DNA of 53,465 bases from Pirellula sp. (GTDB lineage: Bacteria; Planctomycetota; Planctomycetia; Pirellulales; Pirellulaceae). Location: positions 1-53,465 of the forward strand of contig JBIJCS010000001.1 in NCBI GenBank assembly GCA_044344575.1, written 5' to 3'. The notes beneath the pieces are model-generated. The model was given only the letters and a program-made list of their open reading frames with translations. It did not search any database and was not told where the DNA came from. Both the position numbers and the translations under genes were made by a program. Shown here one piece after another: positions 41,131-52,400 of this stretch. Positions within the stretch are counted from its first letter, which is position 1; each line of letters begins with the position of its first letter.

Positions 41131-44100
41131 TTACTCGTCGAATGACGGAGCGTCCGTGGTTGGATTCGCTGGAGTATCCGTAGCCGGTTTTTGCCCCGAG
41201 ATCAAATCGTCCAAGCTAGGACGCGGAGCGTCACTGAGCAGAGGGTAGCTTTGCTCAGCAGCCGACGCACCGCGATTGACCAAATCTTCCAACGCTTCCT
41301 TACGATAGGAAACTTCAGAGTCTTGGAACACGCGGAAGCCGGTACCTGCAGGGATCAAGTGACCGAGGATCACATTTTCCTTTAGGCCGACCAAGCGGTC
41401 GACTTTGCCAGCCAATGCCGCCTCGGTTAATACCTTGGTGGTTTCCTGGAAGCTAGCAGCAGAGATGAAACTGTTGGACTGCACGGATGCCTTCGTAATG
41501 CCCAATAGCTGGACTTCTGCGTGAGCGGGTTTGGGCTTCTTGCCTTTTGCGCCTTTGCCTCCGAGTCCTTCACATTGTGCATTCGCCGTATCGAATTCTT
41601 CCTTCGCAACGATTTGGCCGAGTGCAAACTGGGTATCCCCTGGATCGGTGACCTTCATGCACTTAGCGATGTGATCGTTATGGCGTTTGAACTCGTAGCG
41701 GTCCATGACGAGGCCTGCAAGCAGCGTAGTATCACCAGGATTGGTGATCTTCACCTTGCGCAACATTCTCGCGATGATGATTTCAACGTGTTTATCGTTG
41801 ATTTCGACCCGTTGAGAACGATAAACCTGCTGGATTTCGTGGAGCAAATACTGTTGTACTGCTTCTTCACCGCTAACACGAAGGATGTCGTGTGGGACCA
41901 GTGGACCTTCGACCAATGCCTGACCTGCCTTGACGGTGTCATTGGAGTGGACGAGGAATCGCTTTCCTGGTGGAACTAAGTGTTCTACCTCTTCACCGCT
42001 GTCGCTCTTGACCAAGATCGATCGCTTTCCGCGCTTTCGATCCTTGGAGATTTCGACCAAACCATCGATCTCAGCAACAACGGCAGGATCCTTCGGTTTG
42101 CGTGCTTCAAAGATTTCGGTGACGCGTGGCAGACCCCCGGTGATGTCTTTAACGCCAGTCGCTTCGCGAGGCATTTCTGCGAGTTCCGTACCTGCGTTGA
42201 CCTTCTTACCTTCAGCGACGTTGATCACTGCCTTATCGGGTAGGTAGTGAACGTCGACTGCTTTGCCTTCTGCGTCTTCCAAAACGATCTGCGGGTGGAA
42301 CTTGCCGCGGGAGTCCATGATTCGGCGTCGGATGTTACCGCTAGGATCTTTTTCGATCTTGAGTGTTTCGCCTTCGACGATATCGACGAAGCTAACTTTA
42401 CCGCCGACGGTCGAAAGAATTGGAATCTTGTGAGGGTTCCATTCGCAGAGAACTTGTCCCTTGGGATACTCTTGGTTTTCGGTTACCAGTAGTCGAGCAC
42501 CGACGGGGATTTCGTAGCGCTCTAATTCTCGACCGCGATTATCGACGACAGCGATTTCGCAGTTTCGGGTCAGGACGACATCATTTCCATCGTCATTGCG
42601 AACGAATCGCATCTTGATGAACTTGATAACCCCTGCCTTCTTGGATTTGATGTCGCTTTCTTCAACGGTGGTACCGGCCGCACCACCGATGTGGAACGTA
42701 CGCATCGTTAACTGAGTACCGGGTTCGCCGATACTTTGTGCTGCGATGATACCGACCGCCATACCTTCTTCGACCATGGCTCCCGTGCTCATGTCCATCC
42801 CGTAACAGAGACGGCAGATACCGAGAGGTGCATCGCAAGTCATCGGGGAACGAACTTGGATTTTCTCCAATCCCATTTCTTCGATTTTGCGAGCGACGTT
42901 TCGGCTGATCATTTCGTTCTCTTCGACGATGGTCTCAGAGGTGATCAGGTTGACGATGTTCTGCCGGCTTACGCGACCTGCGATCGACTCCGTCAACCGA
43001 ACTTCTACTTTTTCGCCTCGGTAAATAACGCCCTTGGTAATTCCCTTGGTCGTTCCGCAGTCGTGCATCGTGATCACCACGTTTTGGGCGACGTCAGCGA
43101 GTTTACGGGTCAGGTAACCGGAGTCAGCGGTCTTCAACGCGGTATCCGCTAGACCCTTGCGAGCCCCGTGTGTGGAGCTGAAGTATTCGAGAACCGAGAG
43201 GCCTTCACGGAAATTTGACTTGATTGGCGTTTCGATGATTTCACCGGTTGGTTTCGCCATCAATCCCCGCATACCTGCCAACTGACGAATTTGTTCGATA
43301 CCCCCCCGTGCACCGGAGGACGCCATCAAGAACACAGGATTCACGTACCAATTTCCTCGGTGCTGGTCCGTTTCCATCGCAGCAAGCATGTCCTTGGTGA
43401 TCGCTTCACGAGCCGCGGTCCAAGCATCAAGCACTTGGTTGTAACGCTCGAGCGCGGTCATCACACCCTTGAGGTAGTTCTTTTGGAACGTCATCACCTT
43501 CTTATCGGCTTCCGAGATGTGCTTCGACTTCGATTCGGGGGTGACAAGGTCATCCGCACCGAAGGACAACCCGGAGTGGGTTGATTCACGGAATCCGAGT
43601 TGGTTCATGTCGTCGAGCAACTTGATCGTTGCCCGTCGCCCGAGCAATTGGTAGCAGTCGCTGATGACGGACGCGAGGTCGCTGGACTTGAGGGATTGGT
43701 TGTAGAAGTCCATGCCTTCGGAAAGGATGGAATTGAACAGAATACGCCCGTAGGTGGTTTCAATCAATTGACCGCCGGGAGCATCAGCTGGATCGGTCTT
43801 GAGTTTGCGTCCCTTGGGCAACCGCACCTTGATCTTTGCATGCAACGCGATTTTGCCCACGCTATATGCGTAATCGGCTTCCATTGGATTGGCAAAAACC
43901 ATGCCTTCTCCACGCTGGTCTGCAAGCATGATGGTGATGTAGTTACAACCCATCACCGTGTCCTGCGAAGGACTCATAATCGGCTTGCCATTGCTCGGTG
44001 CGAAGATGTTGTGGGTACTCATCATCAACGTGTGGGCTTCGACTTGTGCCTCAATGGAGAGTGGCAAGTGCACGGCCATTTGGTCACCGTCGAAGTCGGC

Positions 44101-45468
44101 GTTGAAGCCTTTGCAAACCAGTGGGTGCAAATGGATCGCATTTCCTTCTACCAGCGTTGGTTCGAACGCTTGGATACCCATCCGGTGCAACGTTGGTGCA
44201 CGGTTGAGCAAGACTGGGTGGTTGCGAATGACTTGTTCGAGGATATCCCAAACTTCATCGTCTTTGCGCTCGAGCATCTTCTTAGCGGACTTGATGGTGT
44301 CGGCGTGTCCGAGATCCTTGAGTTTGCGAATAATGAACGGTTGGTAGAGTTCCAGAGCGATTTTCTTTGGCAAACCGCACTGGTGCAATCGCAATCGAGG
44401 TCCGACCACAATCACAGAACGAGCCGAGTAATCCACTCGCTTACCCAACAAGTTCTCTCGGAACCGACCTTGCTTACCCTTGATCATGTCGGTCAAGGAC
44501 TTCAGGGGGCGATTGGAGCTTCCGAGTACGGGTCGCTTGCAACGCCCGTTATCGAAAAGTGCGTCAACGGATTGCTGTAGCATCCGCTTTTCATTCCGGA
44601 TGATGACTTCAGGCGCGTTGAGGTCGACCAGCTTACGGAGTCGGTTGTTTCGGTTGATAATTCGCCGATATAAATCATTCAGGTCGGAGGTGGCGAAGTT
44701 ACCGCTATCGAGAAGAACCAGCGGACGGAGGTCCGGAGGAATAACGGGGATCACGTCGAGGATCATCCATTCTGGACGGTTCTCAGAGTCTCGGATCGAT
44801 TCAACAAGTTTCAGCCGGTTGATCAGCTCCTTCTTGCGTTGCTTGCTACTTGTTTCTTGCAACTCCGTTCGGAGTTCTTCTGAGAGTTTGATCAAGTCGA
44901 GGTTCTGGAGCAACTTGCGAACCGCTTCCGCCCCCATGTCCGCTTCGAAAGCATCTCCGAACTGAGCTCGCTTGGATCGGTATTCTTCTTCGGTCAGAAG
45001 TTGGTAAGCTTCCAAGTCCGTAGTCCCTGGATTGATCACCACGTAGTCTTGGAAGTAAATCACCTTTTCCAAGCTGGTGGTTTTCATTTCAAGGAGATTC
45101 CCCAGGCGGCTTGGCATGGCCTTGAAGAACCAGATGTGCGCTACGGGAGCGGCCAATTCAATGTGGCCCATTCGTTTACGACGCACGCGTGAGTGAGTAA
45201 CTTTCACGCCGCAACGATCGCAAATCATCCCTTTGTACTTCATCCCGCGATACTTACCGCAAGCGCATTCCCAGTCCTTTTCAGGGCCAAAAATCCGTTC
45301 GCAAAACAGTCCGTCCTTTTCAGGGCGGTATGTTCGGTAATTGATCGTTTCTGGTTTCTTGACTTCGCCGAAAGACCAAGACCGAATGTCTTGTGGGCGT
45401 GCCAAGGAAATCTTGACGGAGGTGTAATCGTTCACTCGATCGTAAGTGGCTTCGGAAACAGTGGCCAT
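41131..45468 (-). CDS. rpoC: RNA polymerase beta' subunit
   Basis: Zn ribbon (CACGKY..CDRC), [24 protein letters not shown], catalytic [16 protein letters not shown]; SD AGGAG upstream. Confidence 0.99.
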   Translation of the reverse strand: MATVSEATYDRVNDYTSVKISLARPQDIRSWSFGEVKKPETINYRTYRPEKDGLFCERIFGPEKDWECACGKYRGMKYKGMICDRCGVKVTHSRVRRKRMGHIELAAPVAHIWFFKAMPSRLGNLLEMKTTSLEKVIYFQDYVVINPGTTDLEAYQLLTEEEYRSKRAQFGDAFEADMGAEAVRKLLQNLDLIKLSEELRTELQETSSKQRKKELINRLKLVESIRDSENRPEWMILDVIPVIPPDLRPLVLLDSGNFATSDLNDLYRRIINRNNRLRKLVDLNAPEVIIRNEKRMLQQSVDALFDNGRCKRPVLGSSNRPLKSLTDMIKGKQGRFRENLLGKRVDYSARSVIVVGPRLRLHQCGLPKKIALELYQPFIIRKLKDLGHADTIKSAKKMLERKDDEVWDILEQVIRNHPVLLNRAPTLHRMGIQAFEPTLVEGNAIHLHPLVCKGFNADFDGDQMAVHLPLSIEAQVEAHTLMMSTHNIFAPSNGKPIMSPSQDTVMGCNYITIMLADQRGEGMVFANPMEADYAYSVGKIALHAKIKVRLPKGRKLKTDPADAPGGQLIETTYGRILFNSILSEGMDFYNQSLKSSDLASVISDCYQLLGRRATIKLLDDMNQLGFRESTHSGLSFGADDLVTPESKSKHISEADKKVMTFQKNYLKGVMTALERYNQVLDAWTAAREAITKDMLAAMETDQHRGNWYVNPVFLMASSGARGGIEQIRQLAGMRGLMAKPTGEIIETPIKSNFREGLSVLEYFSSTHGARKGLADTALKTADSGYLTRKLADVAQNVVITMHDCGTTKGITKGVIYRGEKVEVRLTESIAGRVSRQNIVNLITSETIVEENEMISRNVARKIEEMGLEKIQVRSPMTCDAPLGICRLCYGMDMSTGAMVEEGMAVGIIAAQSIGEPGTQLTMRTFHIGGAAGTTVEESDIKSKKAGVIKFIKMRFVRNDDGNDVVLTRNCEIAVVDNRGRELERYEIPVGARLLVTENQEYPKGQVLCEWNPHKIPILSTVGGKVSFVDIVEGETLKIEKDPSGNIRRRIMDSRGKFHPQIVLEDAEGKAVDVHYLPDKAVINVAEGKKVNAGTELAEMPREATGVKDITGGLPRVTEIFEARKPKDPAVVAEIDGLVEISKDRKRGKRSILVKSDSGEEVEHLVPPGKRFLVHSNDTVKAGQALVEGPLVPHDILRVSGEEAVQQYLLHEIQQVYRSQRVEINDKHVEIIIARMLRKVKITNPGDTTLLAGLVMDRYEFKRHNDHIAKCMKVTDPGDTQFALGQIVAKEEFDTANAQCEGLGGKGAKGKKPKPAHAEVQLLGITKASVQSNSFISAASFQETTKVLTEAALAGKVDRLVGLKENVILGHLIPAGTGFRVFQDSEVSYRKEALEDLVNRGASAAEQSYPLLSDAPRPSLDDLISGQKPATDTPANPTTDAPSFDE

Positions 45469-45606
45469 GTACGAGTTACTCCTGAGGGTCGCTAAAAGGG
45501 TGATTCTTTGATTTGGTACCGCACGATTCGCAGGACGTGAAACATACGGTGGGTTGTGTGAGCAAAATACTGGGACTAGTTGAGGAACAGTTGGAGAAGG
45601 AGCGGT

Positions 45607-48600
45607 TTACAATCGTCGCTTCTCAAGTCGCATGTTCAACGCCAAGCCTCGAATTTCGTTGGTCAAAACGTCGAAGCTTGCAGGGGTACCGGATTCCAAG
45701 GTGTTTTCTCCCTTAACCATCGATTCGTAAATCTTCGTACGTCCTTCGACGTCGTCACTCTTGACGGTGAGCAGTTCTTGCAGGATGTACGCGGCACCAT
45801 AAGCTTCCAGTGCCCAGACTTCCATTTCCCCGAACCTCTGACCACCGAAGCGTGCTTTACCACCGAGGGGTTGCTGAGTGATCAGCGAGTAAGGACCTGT
45901 GCTTCGTGCGTGCACCTTGTCGTCAACCAAGTGGTGCAGTTTGAGCATGTATAGGTAGCCAACGGTGGTTTCTTGTTCCATTTGTTCTCCTGTTCGGCCG
46001 TCGAACAAACGCACTTTTCCGTGACGAGGCAAACCTGCGGCTTCAAGAGCATCGTTAATGTCTTCTTCCGAAGCACCATCAAACACTGGTGTGATTGCTT
46101 GGAAGCCCGAATTTGCACCGGCCCAACCAAGGTGGGTTTCGAGAATTTGACCGACGTTCATGCGGCTCGGAACCCCGAGCGGATTTAGCATTATTTGCAG
46201 CGGAGTGCCGTCGGGTAAAAACGGCATGTCTTCCACTGGAAGGATCTTGGAGATAACCCCCTTGTTGCCGTGTCGACCCGCCATCTTATCACCGATACTG
46301 ATCACCCGTTTGGTCGCGATATACACCTTGACCATCTGCAAAACGCCGCTTCGCAGTTCATCGCCCCGCTTCATGCTGTTGAGGCGTCGATCGCGTTGAT
46401 CCAAGGACTCTTCAACGGCAGGCCATAGGTTCTTATAAACCTTTTTGACTTCGGCGTGTAAACCCGCATCCAGCCGGTTAAGCAGTCGTGAAAGATTGAA
46501 CGTTTGAGCCTTTTCGGCAATGTATTTCGGATCTTGTCCACCGGTCAGCGGAGTGCCGTCTTCGTCGGTGAGTTTACCGCCGATACTCTTTTCGACTTCT
46601 TCTGCAAAGGTCGCAAAGGCGTTGGCAATCTCTTTGTTGCCTTCGGTTTCGATCTGCTTGAGGTCTCGCTCGAATATCTTTCGCTCTTCTTCCGAGAGGC
46701 TCATGCGTCGGGAGAACTTCTGCGTATCGATCACGATACCTTCGACCCCGGAACTGACTTCGAGGGAGTCGTTCTTCACGTCTTCACCTGCACGACCGAA
46801 GATTGCATGCAGCAGTTTTTCTTCAGGAGTCAATTCCGTTTTGCTTTTCGGCGAAACTTTACCGACCAAGACATCTCCTGGCCGCACGTAGGTTCCGACT
46901 TGAACGATCCCGGATTCATCGAGATTTCGGAGTGCTTTTTCGCTGACGTTGGGAATGTCGCGAGTAAATTCTTCGCGTCCCAATTTCGTTTCGCGGATTT
47001 CGACGTCAAATTCTTCGATGTGGATCGAAGTGTAAACGTCTTGTTTGACGAGTTCTTCACTGATAATGATCGCGTCCTCGTAATTGTATCCGTCGAAGGA
47101 CATGAACCCTACGAGGACATTTCGTCCGAGTGCTAGCTCACCGAGGTGAGTCGACGCACCGTCAGCGATGATTTGACCCTTTTCGATCTTGTCACCAATC
47201 TGAATGATGGGGCGTTGATTCAAGCAGGTTCGCTCGTTGAGGCCTTGATATTTCTTTAGATGGTAGATGTCCGTACCGATTTCGATGCGAGTTGCATCGA
47301 CAAAGGTAACTTTTCCAGCACGTCGGGCGCGGACCACCATCGAGCTGTTCGCAGCAACTTCTTTTTCGAGACCGGTGCCGACAATGGGGGGCTCTGCGAC
47401 AAGCAAAGGAACAGCTTGTCGTTGCATGTTAGAACCCATCAACGCACGGTTCGCATCGTCGTGTTCCAAGAATGGAATCAATCCAGCCGACACCCCGACC
47501 ATCTGGCAGGGAGAAATATCCATGTACTGGACAACTTCGGGCGAAACGATTTCGAAGTCACTACGGTGTCGTGCGATCAAGCCGGGGCCCGCGACCAATG
47601 CGGAGTCCTTAACTGCCAAGTCTGCAGGAGCGATGTATGCGTCCGATTCTTCGTCTGCTCGCAACCAAACAACGTCATCGGTAACTTTGCCTTCGGAGAC
47701 TTGGCGGTACGGTGTGACCAAAAATCCGTACTCGTCCACGCCGGCATAGATCGAAAGCGAACTGATCAACCCGATGTTTGTACCTTCCGGTGTTTCGATC
47801 GGGCAAATCCGACCGTAGTGCGAAATGTGAACGTCACGGACTTCAAAGCCGGCGCGTTTTCGGTTCAAACCACCCGGACCGAGGGCGGAGAGACGTCGTT
47901 CGTGGGTCAACTGAGAAAGTGGGTTCGTTTGGTCGACGACTTGAGAAAGTTCTCCACGGCCGAAGAAGTACTCAATCGCTGCGCTGATGCTCTTTTGGTT
48001 CACCAACGAACGGGGAGTCATGTCTTCGACTTCTTTGAGGCTCATGCGTTCTTGGACAGTTCGACGCAACTTCAAGAAGCCCTTGCGGAGTTCTTCGCAA
48101 GCGAGTTCATCGATGGTGCGCAACCGACGGTTACCCAAGTGATCGATGTCATCAAATCGTGCGGTGCTATCCGGATCAAACAAATCGATGAGATACTTAA
48201 TGGACGCGATCAAGTCCTCTGGACGCAGCGCCATTTCATCCTCAGGAACTGCAAGATTTAGTTTGCGGTTGACGCGGAACCGTCCGACGCGACCCAACCG
48301 GTACCGATTGACGTCAAAGAACTTTTCATGGAACAGCTGTTTGGCTTTTTCCAACGCTGGTGGGTTACCTGGACGCAGTCGTTGATAGATTCTCAGCAAT
48401 GCCTCTTCGTGGCTGCTTGTGTTGTCTTCAGCCATTGAGTTGAGCAAGTAAGGGAACTTCGGAACATCCATTACTTGAACGGTTTTCACACCGCTTGAGC
48501 AAATCAGCTCCGCGACCGCTTTACCAATCCGATGGCCAGCTTCAACAATGATTTCCCCTGCTCGTTCGTGCGAAGCCGGGAAGACGATATCGTCGACAGC

Positions 48601-49326
48601 AATCCGGTTTTCTACCTTTGGCAACGAACGTCCATCCGAGATTTTCTCCGTGTGTACTTCGTAGAATGCGCTCAAAAGGTCTTTGTCGGTGCTTAGTTTA
48701 GGCGACATCGCGCGGAGCAATGTGATCACTGAAAACTTGCCGGATTGGTCGATGCGAACCGACAGCGAGTCCTTCTTCGTGACGTTGATTTCAATCCAAC
48801 TCCCTCGTTCGGGTATTACCCGTGCGGAAGGGAGCTTGCGATCCGAAGTTCCTTCAGCCTCTTCGACGAAATCAACCCCTGGAGAACGGTGTAATTGGCT
48901 GACAACGACGCGTTCGGCTCCGTTGATGATGAATTCTCCACCACCGAGCATCACGGGAATATCACCGAGGTAAACTTCTTCTTCAAGAGGTTCCTCTCGG
49001 TTGAGCCGCAGCCATACCTTCAACGGCTTACCATAAGTCAGTCGCAATTGCCGACACTCTTCGGGTGTGTAACGCGGCTTTCCGAGTTCAAAACGCAAAT
49101 ACTCCAACGTTACGGTCGTGTCGTAACTGGAAATTGGGAATATTTCTCGAAGAACGGATTCGAGTCCTTGGTTCTTGCGTTTGTCCGAAGGCAGATCTTC
49201 CTGCAGGAATGCTTCATAAGAAGCAGTCTGCAAAACCGTCAAATTCGGGATGGGGAACTGACTGCGCCCCGATCCGAAAATGCGTGTTTGGGTCGGTTGT
49301 AATCGTCGCTTCGAAGATGTTGCCAT
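45607..49326 (-). CDS. rpoB: RNA polymerase beta subunit
   Basis: [54 protein letters not shown]. Confidence 0.99.
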   Translation of the reverse strand: MATSSKRRLQPTQTRIFGSGRSQFPIPNLTVLQTASYEAFLQEDLPSDKRKNQGLESVLREIFPISSYDTTVTLEYLRFELGKPRYTPEECRQLRLTYGKPLKVWLRLNREEPLEEEVYLGDIPVMLGGGEFIINGAERVVVSQLHRSPGVDFVEEAEGTSDRKLPSARVIPERGSWIEINVTKKDSLSVRIDQSGKFSVITLLRAMSPKLSTDKDLLSAFYEVHTEKISDGRSLPKVENRIAVDDIVFPASHERAGEIIVEAGHRIGKAVAELICSSGVKTVQVMDVPKFPYLLNSMAEDNTSSHEEALLRIYQRLRPGNPPALEKAKQLFHEKFFDVNRYRLGRVGRFRVNRKLNLAVPEDEMALRPEDLIASIKYLIDLFDPDSTARFDDIDHLGNRRLRTIDELACEELRKGFLKLRRTVQERMSLKEVEDMTPRSLVNQKSISAAIEYFFGRGELSQVVDQTNPLSQLTHERRLSALGPGGLNRKRAGFEVRDVHISHYGRICPIETPEGTNIGLISSLSIYAGVDEYGFLVTPYRQVSEGKVTDDVVWLRADEESDAYIAPADLAVKDSALVAGPGLIARHRSDFEIVSPEVVQYMDISPCQMVGVSAGLIPFLEHDDANRALMGSNMQRQAVPLLVAEPPIVGTGLEKEVAANSSMVVRARRAGKVTFVDATRIEIGTDIYHLKKYQGLNERTCLNQRPIIQIGDKIEKGQIIADGASTHLGELALGRNVLVGFMSFDGYNYEDAIIISEELVKQDVYTSIHIEEFDVEIRETKLGREEFTRDIPNVSEKALRNLDESGIVQVGTYVRPGDVLVGKVSPKSKTELTPEEKLLHAIFGRAGEDVKNDSLEVSSGVEGIVIDTQKFSRRMSLSEEERKIFERDLKQIETEGNKEIANAFATFAEEVEKSIGGKLTDEDGTPLTGGQDPKYIAEKAQTFNLSRLLNRLDAGLHAEVKKVYKNLWPAVEESLDQRDRRLNSMKRGDELRSGVLQMVKVYIATKRVISIGDKMAGRHGNKGVISKILPVEDMPFLPDGTPLQIMLNPLGVPSRMNVGQILETHLGWAGANSGFQAITPVFDGASEEDINDALEAAGLPRHGKVRLFDGRTGEQMEQETTVGYLYMLKLHHLVDDKVHARSTGPYSLITQQPLGGKARFGGQRFGEMEVWALEAYGAAYILQELLTVKSDDVEGRTKIYESMVKGENTLESGTPASFDVLTNEIRGLALNMRLEKRRL

Positions 49327-49433
49327 TGTCTATTTTACGATGAAAAAGGGACGCGATTTGTTGAACAAAACATGAATACACGACACAGCGGAGCAAGACG
49401 TCGAACCCGTTCGCTTCTCTGCGCCGAGAACCC

Positions 49434-49499
49434 CTAGCCAACAAGATGACTTGACGAATATTTGAATCGGTTGGTGGTCAAGCGAATCCATGACTTCAT
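49434..49499 (-). CDS. Candidate uORF/leader peptide upstream of rpoB (MKSWIRLTTNRFKYSSSHLVG)
   Basis: AGGAGG 7 nt before ATG 49499; TAG at 49434-36; a second in-frame ATG at 49586 begins a near-identical MKSIRLT. Confidence 0.4.
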   Translation of the reverse strand: MKSWIRLTTNRFKYSSSHLVG

Positions 49500-49591
49500 A
49501 AAGAATCCTCCTGTATTCGTGATCACCAACCTTACCGACCGGCTCAACGTTGAGCAGTCAGAACCTGTCAAGCGAATGGACTTCATAGAAT
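49477..49591. repeat. Imperfect direct repeat pair flanking a 14-bp palindrome
   Basis: GTCAAGCGAATccatGACTTCATAaaGAAT (49477-49506) and GTCAAGCGAATgGACTTCATAGAAT (49567-49591); GCTCAACGTTGAGC at 49542-49555. Confidence 0.7.
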
Positions 49592-49798
49592 GAGATTCAA
49601 GGCATAGATCCGAGGAGTATGGCGAATAAGCCACACCCGGGGAGGGAACTAAGTGAACGATGGTCTGGAATTCCAAAGCACTTCCCTCTACAAGCCGAAA
49701 TGAAGTCGTATGCAGGTAGCAAGCCAAGCACCAAGGTGCGGATTCCTGTCCTTTACCTCGGAGGTCTCTTGGAGCCCTCTGCCCATTTGAGTCCGGAT

Positions 49799-49807
49799 AG
49801 TGTAGCA
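49799..49807 (-). promoter_or_regulatory. Putative extended -10 (TGCTACACT) for the rpoBC transcript
   Basis: Matches TGnTAnnnT on the minus strand; would give a leader of about 465 nt. Confidence 0.35.
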
Positions 49808-50044
49808 ACCTGGCTCTCCCTCAAAAGGGGACTTGCTATGAAAATGGACTATTTTAGAAAATTAATTTCCAAATGGCACTGGAATCGCAGTAACATCTGC
49901 CTTGGATTTGTTTTGCTAATGCTTGGTTGAGGTAGGAGGAATGGGGTAAAGTCTGCGGGCACTTCGCACGCTGGCTGCCTGGGTCGGGATACGCGGTGCT
50001 ACCCGGGGCGCAAGAATCCATCGAATTCGTATTGCTAGTACGTG

Positions 50045-50073
50045 TTGGAGAGGTTGTTTCTATCCGATATGAT
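50045..50073 (+). promoter_or_regulatory. Putative sigma70 promoter for sucB
   Basis: TTGGAG-17 nt-TATGAT, about 75 nt upstream of the ATG. Confidence 0.5.
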
Positions 50074-50147
50074 TTGACCTACTAGAAAGAAGACCAAGTT
50101 AGGTCGGACGCATACCAATTTCCCCGAATTGCATTCATTTAGAACCT

Positions 50148-51380
50148 ATGACCCCCATTGTCGTACCCGCTGTCGGTGAGAGTATTTCCGAAGTTCAGAT
50201 CAGCCAATGGTTGAAGAAGGAAGGAGAGTGGGTGGCTGCCGGAACGGACTTGGTCGATTTGGAAACGGAGAAGGCATCGGTTCAAGTTTCGGCACCAGTC
50301 GATGGAATTTTGGTGCGTATTCTCAAGCCGAACGATCAGTTTGCTGCGGTTGGTGAAGCGATTGCAGAATTTCAACCGTCGGCCAAGGGGGCCGGCGCAA
50401 GTGCTTCGGCCCCAGTCGCACCGGCACCCGCCTCTGCACCCGCTTCCGCGTCCGCTGCCGGATCGAATGTTGCACCGCACGTGATGCCTGCAGCACAGCG
50501 GCTTGCAGGAGACAACAACATTTCGCTTTCCGGGGTCAGCGGTACAGGGCCTGGCGGACGGATTTTGAAAGAAGATGTTGCGAAGATTGTGGATAGCAAG
50601 CCGGTGGCTGTCGTGCCACCTTTGGCGAAGCCCGCTGCGATTTCGGCAGCATCCACTGGTTTGCAGCAAGGTTCGTCGAATCGTGGTGAAGAGATCAAGC
50701 CGATGAGCATGATCCGACGAACGATTGCTTCGCGACTCGTTCAAGCTCAGCATAACGCTGCTTTGTTAACAACTTTCAATGAAGTGGACATGCAACCGGT
50801 TATGCAATTGCGGACCAAGTATCGCGATGCATTCCAAGAAAAGCACGGCGTGAAACTAGGCTTCATGTCCTTTTATGCGAAGGCTGCTTGCGAAGCTCTC
50901 AAGCGTTTTCCTTCCGTAAACGCAGAAATTCGCGGAAACAACATTGTCTATCGAAACTACTACGACATCGGTATTGCCATCGGTGGTGGTAAGGGATTGG
51001 TGGTGCCTGTTTTGCGAAATGTCGAAAAGATGAGCTTTGCCGACATCGAGAAAACAATTGCAGACTTTGCTTCGTCAGCGATGGCAAACAAGCTCATGCC
51101 GGAGGACCTGGAAGGAGGAACGTTTACGATCAGTAATGGCGGCATCTACGGATCGCTGCTCTCGACCCCGATTGTCAATCCACCCCAGTCAGGGATTCTT
51201 GGCTTGCATTCCATTCAAGAGCGACCGGTTGCTCTGAATGGTCAAGTAGTGATTCGCCCAATGATGTATTTGGCTTTGACTTATGATCATCGAATTATTG
51301 ATGGACGCGAGGCGGTGACATTCCTTAAAACGATCAAAGAAGTCATCGAAGACCCCTCCCGCTTGTTCTTGGAAATTTAG
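50148..51380 (+). CDS. sucB: 2-oxoglutarate dehydrogenase E2 (dihydrolipoamide succinyltransferase)
   Basis: Lipoyl domain VGESISE..ETEKA, Ala/Pro linker, E3-binding [37 protein letters not shown]. Confidence 0.95.
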   Translation: MTPIVVPAVGESISEVQISQWLKKEGEWVAAGTDLVDLETEKASVQVSAPVDGILVRILKPNDQFAAVGEAIAEFQPSAKGAGASASAPVAPAPASAPASASAAGSNVAPHVMPAAQRLAGDNNISLSGVSGTGPGGRILKEDVAKIVDSKPVAVVPPLAKPAAISAASTGLQQGSSNRGEEIKPMSMIRRTIASRLVQAQHNAALLTTFNEVDMQPVMQLRTKYRDAFQEKHGVKLGFMSFYAKAACEALKRFPSVNAEIRGNNIVYRNYYDIGIAIGGGKGLVVPVLRNVEKMSFADIEKTIADFASSAMANKLMPEDLEGGTFTISNGGIYGSLLSTPIVNPPQSGILGLHSIQERPVALNGQVVIRPMMYLALTYDHRIIDGREAVTFLKTIKEVIEDPSRLFLEI

Positions 51381-51428
51381 TTCCTACACGATCTTCGATT
51401 CACTACCTAAACTTCGGCTCAACCCACC

Positions 51429-52349
51429 ATGATGCAACTCGGATTTGTCAGCGCAATTGTCCCCGAACTAAGCCTTGATCAAGTCCTCGAGTTGGCACAG
51501 CAAATTGGGTACAAGACGGTCGAGGTGATGTGTTGGCCGCCATCGAAAGCCGATCGAAGATACGCTGGAGTCACCCATGTCAATGTCATGGAACTCGATG
51601 ATGCGTCTGTGCATGCCATCAAAACCAAGTGCAAACAAGTAGGAGTTTCCATCAGTGGCTTAGGATACTATCCGAATTGCTTAGACCACAATCTGGAGCA
51701 AGCGGAAAAGAGCTGTGAGCACCTCAAGCGTGTGATTGTTGCTGCTCCACGTCTCGGGATCCATCAGGTCAATACCTTCATCGGTCGTGACCATACCAAG
51801 AGTGTCGATGATAATTGGCCGAGAATGCTCTCCACTTGGAAGCCCATTGTTGACTTAGCCGAAAAGCATGGCGTACGAATCGGGATCGAGAATTGTCCGA
51901 TGATCTTCACGGCCGACGAATGGCCGGGTGGCAAAAACTTGGCCTCCTCGCCTGCGATCTGGCGGCGGTTGTTCGCCGATATCGACAGTCCCAATCTTGG
52001 CCTGAATTACGATCCGTCCCATTTGGTTTTCCAACACATGGATTACCTTACCCCGATGAGGCAGTTTATCGATCGAATTTTTCACGTGCATGCCAAGGAT
52101 GTTCGACTCGATCAGCATCTAGTCAACGAATATGGAATATTCGCGCATCCGAACTTGTATCATTTTCCTAAGTTGCCAGGCTTGGGGGATGTGCAATGGG
52201 GCAAGTTTTTTTCGGTGTTGAGTGATGCGGGATATCGTGGTCCTGTTTGTGTCGAAGTGGAGGACCGGGCTTATGAGGGTTCCCTCGAAGACCGCAAAGC
52301 TTCTCTTGCACAGAGTTACCGATACTTGTCTCAGTTTTTCGCCGGCTAG
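51429..52349 (+). CDS. Sugar phosphate isomerase/epimerase (xylose-isomerase-like TIM barrel)
   Basis: [32 protein letters not shown] metal-binding motifs. Confidence 0.88.
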   Translation: MMQLGFVSAIVPELSLDQVLELAQQIGYKTVEVMCWPPSKADRRYAGVTHVNVMELDDASVHAIKTKCKQVGVSISGLGYYPNCLDHNLEQAEKSCEHLKRVIVAAPRLGIHQVNTFIGRDHTKSVDDNWPRMLSTWKPIVDLAEKHGVRIGIENCPMIFTADEWPGGKNLASSPAIWRRLFADIDSPNLGLNYDPSHLVFQHMDYLTPMRQFIDRIFHVHAKDVRLDQHLVNEYGIFAHPNLYHFPKLPGLGDVQWGKFFSVLSDAGYRGPVCVEVEDRAYEGSLEDRKASLAQSYRYLSQFFAG

Positions 52350-52400
52350 TTGTCGTTTCTACGTTACTTGATTCCTTCCTCTCGTTTCTGTATCCCTCCT

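Noticed and set aside
43600-48261. Long + strand ORFs (326 aa and 333 aa) antisense to rpoC and rpoB
   Set aside because: Shadow ORFs expected from codon bias in highly expressed genes; no recognisable motifs.
49619-49930. 103-aa + strand ORF in the rpoB/sucB gap
   Set aside because: GAGGAG is only 1 nt from the ATG, there are no motifs, and it overlaps the likely promoter region.
50390-50462. Low-complexity GC-rich repeat-like stretch
   Set aside because: Encodes the normal Ala/Pro/Ser linker of the E2 subunit.
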